A DNA stretch of 64,000 nt, from the NCBI GenBank assembly GCA_964016885.1, contig OZ024755.1, positions 19,406,001-19,470,000 on the forward strand, read 5' to 3'. This document shows positions 40,156-54,515 of this stretch, one piece after another. Under the pieces are notes generated by a model. It saw only the letters and a program-made list of their open reading frames with translations, had not been told where the DNA came from and made no database searches. The DNA is from Eledone cirrhosa. Lineage: Eukaryota. A program made the translations under genes and the position numbers. Position 1 is the first letter of the stretch; each line of letters starts with the position of its first letter.

Positions 40156-40288
40156 ACACAAAACAGATGGATGGTATTACAATAGATTCATTATTTTAAA
40201 CAAGATACGTTTATATATACATAACATATCATACATAACATATTATACATAAAATACATAGAATATTTAAAATATAAGATATATAATA

Positions 40289-40325
<37 letters not shown>

Positions 40326-40469
40326 TAAGTATGTGTGTAAGTGTGTGTGTAAGTGTGTGTGTGTAAGTATGTGTGTGTGTGTAAGTGTGTGTGTGTGTAA
40401 GTATGTGTGTGTGTGTGAATTTATATATAGATACATATATAGATACATATACATTGACACTGCCCACAC

Positions 40470-40850
40470 AGTAAAGTGGTAGTGCTGGTGCCACAATAAA
40501 ATGCACCCCTCCATTCTATAAAGTGGTAGTGCTGGTGCCACGATAAAATGCACCTCTCCATTCTATAAAGTGGTAGTGCTGGTGCCACAATAAAATGCAC
40601 CCCTCCATTCTATAAAGTGGTAGTGCTGGTGCCACGATAAAATGCACCCCTCCATTTTATAGAGTGGTAGTGCTGGTGCCACAATAAAACACACCCAGAT
40701 CACGCTGTAAAGTGATAGTGCTGGTGCAACGATAAAATGCACCTAGTCCATCATATAAAGTGGTAGTGCCAGTGTCACTGATAAAATTCAGCCAGTACCT
40801 GCTGTAAAGTGTTTGGCGTTATGAAGGGCACCAAGCCGTAGAAAGCTTGC
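40470..40850. repeat. 47-bp tandem repeat amplified from a SINE internal segment
   Basis: TAAAGTGGTAGTGCTGGTGCCAC.ATAAAATGCACCC units run into the SINE-like GGCGTTATGAAGGGCA...GCCGTAGAAA. Confidence 0.8.
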
Positions 40851-41131
40851 TAAACTGGAATCTATGAACAGGATCTGACCACGTGGTCATCCACTTGTCT
40901 TTTCTCAGAAACTTCACTGTCCAACTTATTATGATAAACAGACAGACACACATATATGCTTATATTTATATACATATGTCTATATATGCGCATCTCTGTA
41001 TATGCATATTTAAGTATATATATATTTATATATATAAATATATATATAAATATAAATATATATTTATATATATATATATATTTATAAATAAATATATAAA
41101 TATATATATAAATATAAATATATATATATAA

Positions 41132-41162
<31 letters not shown>

Positions 41163-41211
41163 AATATATAAATATATAAATATATATATAAATATATAAA
41201 TATATATATAA

Positions 41212-41244
<33 letters not shown>

Positions 41245-41392
41245 AATATATAAAAATAAATATATATATAAATATAAATATATATGAAAATATTTATAAA
41301 TATATAAATATATATATATATAAATATATATATATGTAAATATATATATAAATATATATATATATATATGTAAATATATATATATGTGTGTG

Positions 41393-41440
<48 letters not shown>

Positions 41441-41928
41441 CACACACACAAGTGGAAGCTTAGTAAAATCGAAGCTTTGATATATATATATATTTTATAG
41501 ATCTACATGGATAATATATATTCAATGTTTATGTGCCTCATTAAAGCAATTCTCGGGAAGATTTAGCGTGGCACTGAGTGCAACAAGAATGATTCTTTGA
41601 ATAACAGGTGCTCTTTATACGACCAGCTTGCGATTAATATTTTTACTAACAGAGATTTACTAACAGGAACATATTATTGCAAAGCCTTCTTAACTTTTCA
41701 ATTATGCAATATATATATATATAAATATAAAATACTATATATATATATATAAATATTAAATACTATATATATATATATAAATATATATTAAATACTATAT
41801 ATATATATCTATATAAATATATATTAAATACTATATATAAATATATATATATATATAAATATATATTAAATACTATATATATATATATATATATAAATAC
41901 ATACTAAATACTATATATGTGTTCATAA

Positions 41929-41959
<31 letters not shown>

Positions 41960-42023
41960 AATACATATTAAACACTATATATATATATATAAATACATAC
42001 TAAATACTATATATGTGTACATA

Positions 42024-42055
<32 letters not shown>

Positions 42056-42168
42056 AATACATACTAAATACTATATATGTGTACATAAATATATATATAT
42101 ATAAATATATATATATATAAATACATACTAAATACTATATATGTGTACATAAATATATATATATATAA

Positions 42169-42205
<37 letters not shown>

Positions 42206-42365
42206 CATATTAAACACTATATATATGTATATATATAAATAAAATTTAAATACTATATATATATATATGTATATATAAATAAAATTTAAATACTATATAT
42301 ATATAAATAAAATTTAAATACTATATATATATATATAAATAAAATTTAAATACTATATATATACT

Positions 42366-42398
<33 letters not shown>

Positions 42399-42489
42399 GT
42401 GCAATGTATGTGCATGCGTGTATATGATGCAAAGGTGTGATGTAGGGGGGGTGGGGTGAAATAATCAAAGCAACACGAACATTACTCAC

Positions 42490-42510
42490 GTCACTCTCTG
42501 CATAACTCAT
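42490..42510 (-). CDS. DPP10: Probable first coding exon of the DPP6/DPP10-like gene (MSYAESD)
   Basis: Minus strand: CCAAC ATG AGT TAT GCA GAG AGT GAC|GTGAGT. A at -3, consensus donor, phase 0, so it joins in frame to ELVGD... It lies next to a unique, relatively GC-richer island. Not confirmed by transcript data. Confidence 0.65.
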
Positions 42511-43067
42511 GTTGGAAATACAGAAATGCAAAAGAGAGAGAATGTAGTTTAGATGGAGTCTATCGTTTTGAAAAAGTGATTCTTCCACCTTAACCCCAAC
42601 TCTCCATCAATTTGGTAAGAATATTTGGGTGGCGGTAGTGGAACTGGTGGCGATATACTTGTATTAGCAGCGGCGGCAGTGGATTTGGGGGTAAACGTTG
42701 TAACAACAAACCTTTCCTCAAACCTGGTTTGCTTGTAGAGAGTGTATTCGTGTGTGCCTGTGTGAAAATGTGAATAAATATATATATATATATATATATG
42801 TATTCTTTATTTCAATGTCTGTTTCGAACGAATCGACGCCACCTCCGTCTACGTCGCATCAGTGTGTGTTGTGGTGCTGGTAGTGGTGGTGGTGGTGGTG
42901 CTGGTAGTGGTGGTGGTGGTGGTGCTGGTAGTGGTGCTGGTGGTGGTGGAAGCGGCGGTTGTATTGGGTCTGTTGGTAACTTTTTTTTTTTTTTTTTTCT
43001 TTTTTTTTCCTCTCTCCTCTTTTGCTACGATTTGTTCACACTAACACACACTCTCTGTCTCTCACTC

Positions 43068-43144
<77 letters not shown>

Positions 43145-43250
43145 ATATACTACATGTTACTTAGTAACGTCTCTTCCTTATAATTTTGGTTATTGTTGCT
43201 GCTAACACTTCACTGCTTTTTGTTGTGTTGTTGTGAAGCCTTCTACCTCA
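42511..43250 (-). promoter_or_regulatory. Putative 5'UTR/promoter region of the DPP6/10-like gene
   Basis: TE-free, CpG-containing stretch with (CCA/CCAGCA)n and (CA)n/(TA)n tracts directly upstream of the candidate ATG. The TSS was not located. Confidence 0.4.
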
Positions 43251-43375
43251 AATGGATTGAATGAAATAGATGCAACGAGAAATTATATATATATATATAT
43301 ATGTATATATATGTATGTATGTATAGATATATTTATATAGATATGCCTGTGTGAGTGTGTGCGCGCGCATATGTG

Positions 43376-43419
<44 letters not shown>

Positions 43420-43532
43420 CACAAGAATTAGCTAAAGTAACTTAACGAATAAATCAAGGCTGAAAAGCACACAGATACAGGTATACACACAGGTGCGTTT
43501 GTGCATATATTTGTGTGTTTATGTCTATGTAT

Positions 43533-43626
<94 letters not shown>

Positions 43627-43889
43627 ATGATGTGTATAAAACATATGAAAGTGTGTGGCTAGTTTAATCTGAGGTGAGGACAGGTTAAGTCGGTTGTCAA
43701 TTAAGCTGAAGAGAAAATAATTTGAGAGAGAAAGAAAAGGTAAAGTAATATGTTACAGGTGCAAAGATAGAGTGGTAGATATATAGATAGCTCTGTAGAG
43801 TGAGATAGAGCGGTTGGCGAGAGAGAGAGAGAGAGTGGGGGTGTAGTAGCGAAGATGGATTGGAGATTGTGTGGTGTTTGAATGGATGG

Positions 43890-43934
<45 letters not shown>

Positions 43935-44228
43935 GGGTGGATTAATAGATAGATGGCTGGATGGATAGATAGATAGAGAAGGGATGGAGATAAAGTCTTG
44001 GTCTAGAAAGTAGCTATATATATATATAGGAAAAGGTATGACCCCCAACGGCAAAGCTCAAGCCGTGTCGACTTTCGACGGCTAGTCCAGAAATAGCCGT
44101 CGAAACGGCTTGAGCTCTGCCGTCGGGGGGGTCATACCTTTTCCTATTACCCACTCTACTACCATAAGTATTGAGTTCTGTGGTGCGTTATGCTCCATCT
44201 GGTTCCTTACCACAATTCCTTCGTTATA

Positions 44229-44268
<40 letters not shown>

Positions 44269-44369
44269 TAGGTTGAGAGAAAGAGAGAGAGAGTGAGGGA
44301 GAACTGCGGAGAAAGAGTAGTTCTTGAAAGTAGTTGGCGGGAGAAATCGATAGATGGATAGATAAATAG

Positions 44370-44411
<42 letters not shown>

Positions 44412-44429
44412 TGAATGAGAGAGCGTGAA

Positions 44430-44463
<34 letters not shown>

Positions 44464-44598
44464 GTATGGTGAAAGACTCTGGGTGTAAAAAGTAGTTGGA
44501 ATGAAATGGAATTGAAGGATGCGAAGATGAAGCGACGAGAGAGAGAGAGAGAGAGAGAGGGAGAGCGTGAATGAGAGAGAGCGTGAAAGAGAGAGCGT

Positions 44599-44648
<50 letters not shown>

Positions 44649-45003
44649 TGGTGAAAGACTCTGGGTGTAAAAAGTAGTTGGAATGAAATGGAATTGAAGG
44701 ATGCGAAGATGAAGCGACGAAAAATTGAAACAGTGTTGCAGAGATGTGGAATTGTATAGAAGATACTATAGACATTTTATACTGATTGCTATACATAAGA
44801 GGCGTCTATAGAACCGTAGAAACCTCCACAGACAATATTGAGTAGTTAAAGAGATAGAAAATAAATAGAACTGTCCGAATATTAGAAAAGAGAGTCAGAG
44901 AAAAATATCATAAATAGTGAGATAGATCATATAACCCCTTCTCCATTAACAAAAAAATTGTAGTGATTGTAAAGGAATATGAAAAGAGAGAGGAAAGAAG
45001 GTG

Positions 45004-45052
<49 letters not shown>

Positions 45053-45163
45053 TATATATATATATATAAATAATATATATATATATATAAATAATATATA
45101 TATATATAATATATATATATATAAATAATATATATATATATAATATATATATATATAAATAAT

Positions 45164-45199
<36 letters not shown>

Positions 45200-45730
45200 A
45201 ATAATATATATATATATATAATATATATATAATATATATATATATATAATATATATATAATATATATATAATATATATATATATATAATATATATATAAT
45301 ATATATATAATATATATATATATATAATATATATATAATATATATATATATAATATAATATATAAATATATATATATATAATATATATATATATATATAA
45401 TATATATATATATATATAATATATATATATATAATATATAAATATATATATATAATATATAAACAGATAAAGCCTTGAGCGATACTCCGACCAACTCCAT
45501 CTCATATATATATGTGTGTGTGTGTGTGTGTGTCTGTGTGTGTCTGTGTGTGTGTCTGTGTGTGTGTCTGTGTGTGTGAATGAAGTAATTCCGTCGGAAA
45601 GGTCCAGGAAAAAAAGAGTGCTCTATGTAGTTACAGAGCTTATTTATTTATTTATTTATAGATTATAAATAGATAGATAGATTATATTTTTGTTTTTAAA
45701 ATTCACTGTCAATAAATACACCACGATTTT

Positions 45731-45792
45731 TTTCATTCTGATGACTGAAAGCAAATTTTGGTTGCTTTCGAGAAAACCACTGGGAAATGAAA
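45731..45792 (+). ncRNA. Decayed hammerhead ribozyme motif (cleavage triplet mutated)
   Basis: TTTCATT-CTGATGA-CT GAAAGCAA ATTTTGG TTGCTTTC GA-GAAA-A CCA C TGG-GA-AATGAAA: perfect 7-bp stem I and 8-bp stem II, but GGA instead of NUH. Confidence 0.55.
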
Positions 45793-45977
45793 TAATTATC
45801 TTATGTTGTTTATTACATAACTATATATATATTATATATATATTGGCTTTCCACATAATACATATAGTTAGCACCCCAAACACTTAAATTGGGTTTATAC
45901 TAACATATAACCTAATGTTTGTTGAGTGAAATGGTTGCCAGTCAGAGTTTAGCTTTAAGCTATCTCTGTTATTGTAT

Positions 45978-46061
<84 letters not shown>

Positions 46062-46286
46062 AAAATCAGGATTTTACCTCTCTTCATACCTACTCTCCAT
46101 TTCCTCATGCATTGAGTACTCCCATGATTAGTGGTCTCCGTGGTCTCTCTCTCTCGCTCCCTCTCTCTCTCTCATATATATGTATATATATATATATATA
46201 TGTATGTACGTATACATACATACTTACATTTAAGTATCAGCCGTACAAAGAGTGAGAAATGAAATTTCGTTTTATTCTTTTCCATT

Positions 46287-46334
<48 letters not shown>

Positions 46335-46578
46335 TGAAGTAATTCCGTCGGAAAAGTCCAGGAAAAAAGAGTGCTCTATGTAGGCAACAGAGCTTAATTA
46401 TTATTATTATGTAATAAACTACATAATAATAATAAATATATATATATATATATATAATTTACGTGAGGAACAAAAGATAACACTTAAAATCATTTTATTA
46501 AATTCTACGTTCGTTTCAATTTGAAAGAAATACAATTGCAAAAAAATATATACAAAAATAATGATTTGCAGGTCAATT

Positions 46579-46626
<48 letters not shown>

Positions 46627-46674
46627 TAATGAAATGACAGGAGGCTGGATTTGTGTAAATCCTTGAAAGGTGTA

Positions 46675-46736
46675 TTATACTATGATCATTTCAATGACCG
46701 GGTTCCGTATGAATCCGGTGATATCATCAGGTATTC
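46675..46736 (-). ncRNA. Minimal type I hammerhead ribozyme motif
   Basis: Minus strand ATAC-CTGATGA-TATCACCGGATTCATACGGAACCCGGTCATT-GAAA-TGATCA-TA-GTAT: long stem II, palindromic stem III, AUA triplet, short 4-bp stem I. Confidence 0.72.
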
Positions 46737-46836
46737 GAAATATAATACGTGAATGTAATAGATAAAATCCATGGGGCTGAAAATCGAGGACCCGAGGGCG
46801 ACCGCTATTCTGTTCCTTCAACCTCAACCGGTCGCC

Positions 46837-46895
<59 letters not shown>

Positions 46896-46994
46896 AATTT
46901 ATGAAATCACACTACCACAAGATGCTTTCCGCACCCCGCTACACACTACCTTTGTCAATCCTTACTGAAATGCATATAGGAAACGAATACTGAT

Positions 46995-47025
<31 letters not shown>

Positions 47026-47325
47026 TTTCTACTTTAGGCACAAGGCCAGCAATTACCCAGTGCATATATATATAACTATTTCTACTTTTGGCACAAGGCC
47101 AGCAATTACCCAGTACATTACTGGTACTTTATTTTATCGACCCCGTAAGGATGAAAGGCAAAGTCAACCTCGGCGGGATTTGAACTCAGATCGCAAAGGG
47201 ACGTAACTATGCTGGAAAGCATGGCGTCCGACCCTCTACCGATACTGCCAATCCACCCACGAAGAAAAAGGGACCAAGGGCAAATATATCCTATATAAAA
47301 TTAGTGTTGAAATATTTATTGGGAG

Positions 47326-47584
47326 CAGAGTAAGATTTACGTATAAGCTAAACATTCTATAGCTTAAGGTCCCCACTTTCTTGGGGCCCCGAAAAGATTG
47401 AAAAAAAACGGTGTGAACATTTCCAAAATCTAAGATAAAAAAGAACTAAAATAATGCAATAGTTTTAAACAGTTTTCTGCTTTAATATTGAACGTTTTGC
47501 AGTTTTATAACATTTTTTATAACATATAAAGGGCCCCATTATCTCAAATAGCTTAGGGCCTCATCAAATCTAAATCCAGCTCTG
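47326..47584. mobile_element. hAT-type MITE with 8-bp target site duplication
   Basis: TSD ATTGGGAG at 47318-47325 and 47585-47592; imperfect TIRs CAGAGTAAGATTTA / TAAATCCAGCTCTG. Confidence 0.8.
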
Positions 47585-47622
47585 ATTGGGAGCGTGTAAA
47601 TCAGAGACAAAAAAAAATGATT

Positions 47623-47659
<37 letters not shown>

Positions 47660-48161
47660 AGAGAGAGAGAGAGAGAGAGCTAGAGAGAGAGAGAGAGCTA
47701 GAGAGAGAGAGAGAGAGAGCTAGAGAGAGAGAGAGAGAGAGAGCTAGAGAGAATGAGAGAGAGAGCTAGAGAGAATGAGAGAGAGAGGGAGAGAGAGAGA
47801 GAAAGAGAGAGAGAATGTTAGGGATGGAGGTGGATGAGAGAGAAGCTAAATTATAAACAAAAGTGAACTAATGCTGGCAGGTATAAAAATAGACAGGTAC
47901 ACAGATTAATACACTTACGCACACACGTTTCTCTACACATTCTCCTACAGCTGTGTGTGTGCGTGTGCGCGTGTGCGTGCGTGCGTGTGTGTGTGATTAT
48001 TACTATTATTACAGAAATAACTTCTACAGGATTAGAACTGTTTCATTTGTACGAAATCATCAGATATACACACATAAAAGCAGACAGATTACACGGGTAT
48101 ATACACTTATGATCACAACTGTGCGTAGACATTCTCCTGCAGTTGCGTGTGTGTATGTGCG

Positions 48162-48243
<82 letters not shown>

Positions 48244-50333
48244 TACATACATGTATATATACACTTTAATCTACAAGCAGAGAAGAAAGGTACTCAATAC
48301 ATGTTGAGTTTATTCAATTATTTTGCCTCTTTTTTTTACATCTTGGAGAAATGCTTCAGCTTCAAATAACACACACACACACACACACACATGGTGGACT
48401 CTCTCGTCGTGTTTGATGCCTGAGGGCCAAAAGATTTTGCTTTTCCTTTACTCCAAATTTTGGTGTTTGTGTCCACTGTGAGACACTTGCATGATATTCC
48501 TTCTCCACACACACGCACACATGTATTTCATGACTCATACACAGTTCACTTTCCTGACATTTGTACATTATTCTATGTACTATAGATACACCTTTGATGA
48601 GTTGTAGTGCACCTGAGCACTGTACACAATAATTTCATTATTATTATTATATATATATATATATATGAAAAGGTTCAGCCCTGCCGTCAGGGTCCTGAAC
48701 CTTTTCCTATAACCCACTCTACTACCCAAAGTATTGAGTACTCTGGTGCGTTATGGTCCACCTGGTTCCTTACCACACTTCCTTCATTATATATATAAAT
48801 ATATATAAAGTAATAATAATAAATTTGAAGACTAAAATCCAAAGAGGGCTCGATAAGGATAAATATATATCAAATATATAAGAACCGTAGGGCAAATATA
48901 TATATATATATACACACAAGTGGAAGCTTAGTAAAATCGAAGCTTTGGTTGTGGCCAAGCAAAGTCGACCTACAATAAGGGAATGAGTAGCAAAGCACTC
49001 AATAAGGGTACGTTTAAATAGCTTGACAAATTGAAAATTGCGATAGGCAAAACCCAAACACACAATACCAGAGAACTAACGAAAGCACTAACGAGAGAAC
49101 TAACGAAAGAACTAACGAAAGAACTAACGAAAGAACTAATCAGGTTAATTCATGCAAGATCCACAAAAGGTCGTTTTTTTTTCAGTTTGGTAAAAAGATA
49201 TTTTATTTTATATATTACACATTTTGCTCATAAATCAACAGGTCTTGTACTATTATATATATATATATTATATATATATATATATAAACAGTGTCGTTAT
49301 TTCGTGGAGGAATCAATCTATTTTCTACTCCAGTTACTACTATATTATATTTTACCTTACTTTCTCACACTCATATATACAAATACTAGCTTTCTTCATC
49401 CTCCTCATCAGTACACTATACTGACAGACAGACTTTATTGCACACATACACACATATACACTTGATATATACACACACCTTTTATATATATATATATATA
49501 TATATACACCCATGATTAGTGGTCTTTAATATATATATATATACACACACACACACCTTCAATATATATATAAACACACACACACCTTCAATATATATAT
49601 ATAAACACACACACACCTTCAATATATATACACACACACACACACACCTTCAATATATATATACACACACACACCTTCAATATATATATACACACACACA
49701 CCTTCAATATATATATACACACACACACCTTCAATATATATATACACACACACACCTTCAATATATATATACACACACACACACACACACCTTCAACGTG
49801 CACACACATACGCTCCTTCAACATACATACACACAAACCTTCAACCTGCGCACACACACATATACAGACACACACACATATACACTTCTTCAACACATAC
49901 ACACACACCTTCAACCTGCACACACATATATACAGACACACACACACACACACTCCAACATACACACCTTCAACCTGCACACACACATATACAGACACAC
50001 ACACACACACCTTCAGTCTGCACACACACATATACAGACACACACACACATATACACTTCTTCAACACATACACACACACCTTCAACCTGCACACACATA
50101 TATACAGACACACACACACACACACTCCAACATACACACCTTCAACCTGCACACACACATATACAGACACACACACACACACACACCTTCAGTCTGCACA
50201 CACACATATACAGACACACACACACATACACTCTTTCAATACACAACCATACACTATATGTTTACTTAGAAAGCCATATACTTAGGCACGCATCTTGAAA
50301 AAAGATAGCTGAATCTCATCTGCCAAGTAGGAA

Positions 50334-50376
<43 letters not shown>

Positions 50377-50713
50377 GAGTGTGTGTGTGTGTGTAAAAGA
50401 GAGAGAGACTGAGACAGTGTGTGTGAGTGTGTGTAAGAGAGAGAGTGTGTGAATGTGTGAAAGGGAGAGACAGAGAGAGTGTGTGAGAGAGAAAGTGAGA
50501 AAGGGGTAGGGAGGGAGGGGGAGGGAGTGAGTGAGTGGGAGAAAATGAGAGAGAAGGAAAGGGAGGGAGTGAGTGAGTGAGAGAGAGAGAATGAGAGAAT
50601 GAGAGAGAGAGGGAATGAGTGGGAGAGAATGAGAGAGAGGGAGTGAGTGGGAGAGAATGAGAGAGAGAGAGAGAGAATGAGAGAGAGAGAGAGAGAATGA
50701 GAGAGAGAGAGAG

Positions 50714-50763
<50 letters not shown>

Positions 50764-51302
50764 AGAGAATGAGAGAGAGGGAGTGAGTGGGAGATAATGA
50801 GAGAGAGGAAAAGGGAAGGAGGGATGGTAACTGTTTACAAAATAAAAATCCTCCAAGAATGAAAGCAGGTAAAGTGAATGAAAGATGATCTAAAACTGAA
50901 AGTAGACACAGTATAGCTGAGTTAGAAATATAAACAGTGAGGTTTGTTTAAAACATTAAATGTTTCTTTTCATCGAACTACTAACATGGTGGCATAGTTT
51001 ATTTTGCTTTATTAATGGAATATATAATGTAAATACAGTTTAATAGAAATAGAAAAAAAAAAAAGAGAATTTAGATTGAGAAGAACGGAATATAAAATAG
51101 GAAAATATAGAGAAAAAAGAGAGAAAGAAAACATGAGAAGAGGGAAGGAATGGCAAGAACTCTACTGTTGCAGAAGAAAGGCAAAGAGAGAGGATGATTG
51201 GGCCCTGGGCCTAAGGCGCACGGTAGAGGGGCTTTGCCCTGTGGACAAGACAACAAAAGCGTTCTATCTGTTTACTTTCGTTTGAATCTTCTTTTACTAA
51301 TA

Positions 51303-51618
51303 TCATCATTATCATTTTACGTCCGCTTTTCCCTGCTTGCGAGGGTGGGATGGGAACTGATTCTGGCTTGATTTCTACAGCCGGATGCCCTTCCATGTGA
51401 GTGCTGGGTGCTATTTTTGCCATGGCACCTACACGACCACTTTGCAGTGGAATGATAGGGACCCCAGTCCCTATCATCTCATTTCTACAGCTGAGTAAAC
51501 TGGAGGAATGTGAAATAAAGTGTCTTGCTCAAGGAAACAACACATCACCCGGTCTGAGAATTGAACTCACAACCATTTGATTGCAAAGCCAATGCTCTAA
51601 GCACTAAACCATATGCCT

Positions 51619-51621
<3 letters not shown>
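51303..51621 (-). mobile_element. SINE family A copy (small internal deletion)
   Basis: Homologous to 17411-17744. Confidence 0.9.
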
Positions 51622-51680
<59 letters not shown>

Positions 51681-51843
51681 GGGATAACAAGTTATCGTTA
51701 TAGGCAATCCACTTAGAGGTAGTCCAGTTAGAGTACTCCGTGTTGTGGATGGTATTAACATATGGCTTAGTTTGACTCAACAAGACGCTTCCATAGTGAT
51801 GCAGCAAGTTCGCAGTGATTTCTATGTAGGTTATACTTGGAGT

Positions 51844-51879
<36 letters not shown>

Positions 51880-52967
51880 CAGATATCTCTATAAAGTTAT
51901 GTTGGTACCCACAACATGCCGTACACACTGTAAAGTGGTCGTGTAGGAAACACGGTGAAAAGGCTCCCAGTCCTCACTGTAAATGTGGTTGGTGTTAGGA
52001 AGAACATCCAGCTATAGAAAACCTGCCAGGTACAGTCCTATACGAGTGAGACATGGTCATCTAATCAATCTTGCCTCAAGTGGGATAATTCCCGTCTAAC
52101 CCATGCTAGCCTCGAAGATAGATGATGACGATGATGACGATGATAGAAAAAGAAAATAAATAAATTGAGAAGAAAGAATGGAATGTAAAATAAGAAAATA
52201 TAAAACAGAAAAGGAAAGGCAAGGGCCCTAGGGTCTCAGAAGAATGGGAAGAGGGGTGGTCTCTGGGTTTAGGGTGCAGTTGTATTGGGGTTGTGCCCTA
52301 CGGACAAGACCATAAAAACATTCCCGTGGACAATGGCCAATAACACCTGTTGCAACAGCCACCCCACACTCACGGGCCTCCTTCTTCAGGCAGACTGCTT
52401 AAGGTATTACACAGATATTTTTTGGTAAAAATTACCACTATAAAACATACAATTTTATTTCTTTAGAATGAAAATATTTACAAAGTTTAAAAAAAAACAA
52501 CACTTTTTTCTTTTGATTAAAAGAAAAACATTTCTAGAAATTAAGAATGAAAGGCATTAACTATTTTGGTAGTACATAAACAAATTAAATAAAAAGAAAT
52601 GTAAAATAATAAAAGCTGAATAGAGAGTTTTATAAATTGAAATGGAAAATATTTAATTAGTTAAAAATAACTGATCAAAGTGGGTTTGCTACTTTGGTTG
52701 TTGGAATGCTTTGTATTTTGGCTCTGAAAATATTCTTGTTTAATCTCTAAATATAATCGATTTATTTTGACCAGACACAAAGTCAATTTCTGCAGTGATG
52801 AAATAAACTTAACTGAATCTATCCCCTGCTCTATTACTGGTTATTGGTGTAAACTTGACGAGGTAAAGAGGTAGGGCTACCTTTACCTGCTGAAGCTCTA
52901 AGCTATATGAAATTTGATGCCCTTCTCTAAAAATTTTAAATTGTTATACAACACAGTCACCCGATCA

Positions 52968-53430
52968 ATCTTGCCTCAAGTGGGACAATTCCTGTCTAAC
53001 CCATGCTAGCGTGGAAGGTAGACGTTAAACGATGATGATGATGATGATGATGGTGGTGATGCTTATTACGATTTGCAGGACATTGCTGGAGAAGTAAGCA
53101 GGAAGTTATACACAGGCTACTATTGGGGGAACCAACTGACAGGAGGTGCAGTAGAGATCTTGCCTCAAGTGGGACAATTCCTGTCTAACCCATGCTAGCG
53201 TGGAAGGTAGACGTTAAACGATGATGATGATGATGATGATGATGGTGATGCTTATTACGATTTGCAGGAGATTGCTGGAGAAGTAAGCAGGAAGTTATAC
53301 ACAGGCTACTATTGGGGGAACCAACTGACAGGAGGTGCAGTAGAGAAAGACCTGCTTGAACCTTCATCAATCAACTCTCAGACAATACAAACCTCTGGAA
53401 GGAGCAATGGAAAATCGTGAATTGTAAAAA
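52968..53430 (+). mobile_element. 189-bp tandem duplication of a SINE-tail/RTE-fragment junction, continuing into an RTE 3' fragment
   Basis: Units 52968-53156 and 53157-53345; the LINE part reads RFAGHCWRSKQEVIHRLLL.EP. Confidence 0.85.
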
Positions 53431-54465
53431 GACTTTGTCAGGAATGTTCGACTGTGGTCGCAATGATGATGATGGTGATTTTTTTTTATATAAATGTTAA
53501 TGATAAAGAGTAAATAATACATATGTAGCAATATCCATAGGTGTGAAAAGAGAGACATTGTTCAATCAGGAAGAGAGCAGAAATATTATATTATTTATTT
53601 ATGTTAATACATGGAATAAAAGCGCTTCCCAAGTGCTTAAACTTGTATAAGAAGATAGGTCACCATTTTTATCCCTCTTGTATGCTGGACATATGGTCAA
53701 TATTGGGCTTTGACACCTTGGGTAGCTTTTTTATTCTGTGTATGAGCATAAATAAATAATATAACATTATATATACAGATTATATATATAACTTTGGCAG
53801 GGTCATGTTGCCAATAAGAAACATATGCACCAGTATAACAATATCGGTTTCAACACACGATTTCAGATAAAGAATCTTGCTAAACAAATTCAGAAACGAA
53901 ATATATATATAACATTATATATATATCATCGATATATACAGATATATACAGATATAATATATATATATATATATCATCAATATATACAGATATATACAGA
54001 TATATATATATATATATCATCGATATATACAGATATATACAGATATATATATATATATCATCGATATATACAGATATATACAGATATATATATATATATC
54101 ATCGATATATACAGATATATATATATATATATCATCGATATATACAGACATATATACAGATATATATATATATATATATCATTATATATACAGATATATA
54201 TATATATATATATCATCGATTAACGTCTATCTTCCACACTAGCATAACATGGGTTAGACAGATTCCATTTAGAGGCAAGTTGGGTCAGGTGACCGTGTCC
54301 CGCTCATATAGGCTGGTTTCTACAGTTGGATGCCCTTCCTGATGCCAACCACATTGACAGTGTGTGTTGAGTGCTTTTTTGCTGTGTCTTTTACACATCC
54401 ACTTTACAGTGTAGGCTGAGTGCTTTTTGCCATGTCTTTTACATGTCCACTTTACAGTGTGGGCT

Positions 54466-54515
<50 letters not shown>

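Noticed and set aside
39503-40199. Repeat-protein ORFs (also 11567-12700, 13241-14386, 21802-22216, 27871-28482)
   Set aside because: Translations of minisatellites or microsatellites with no splice or codon evidence.
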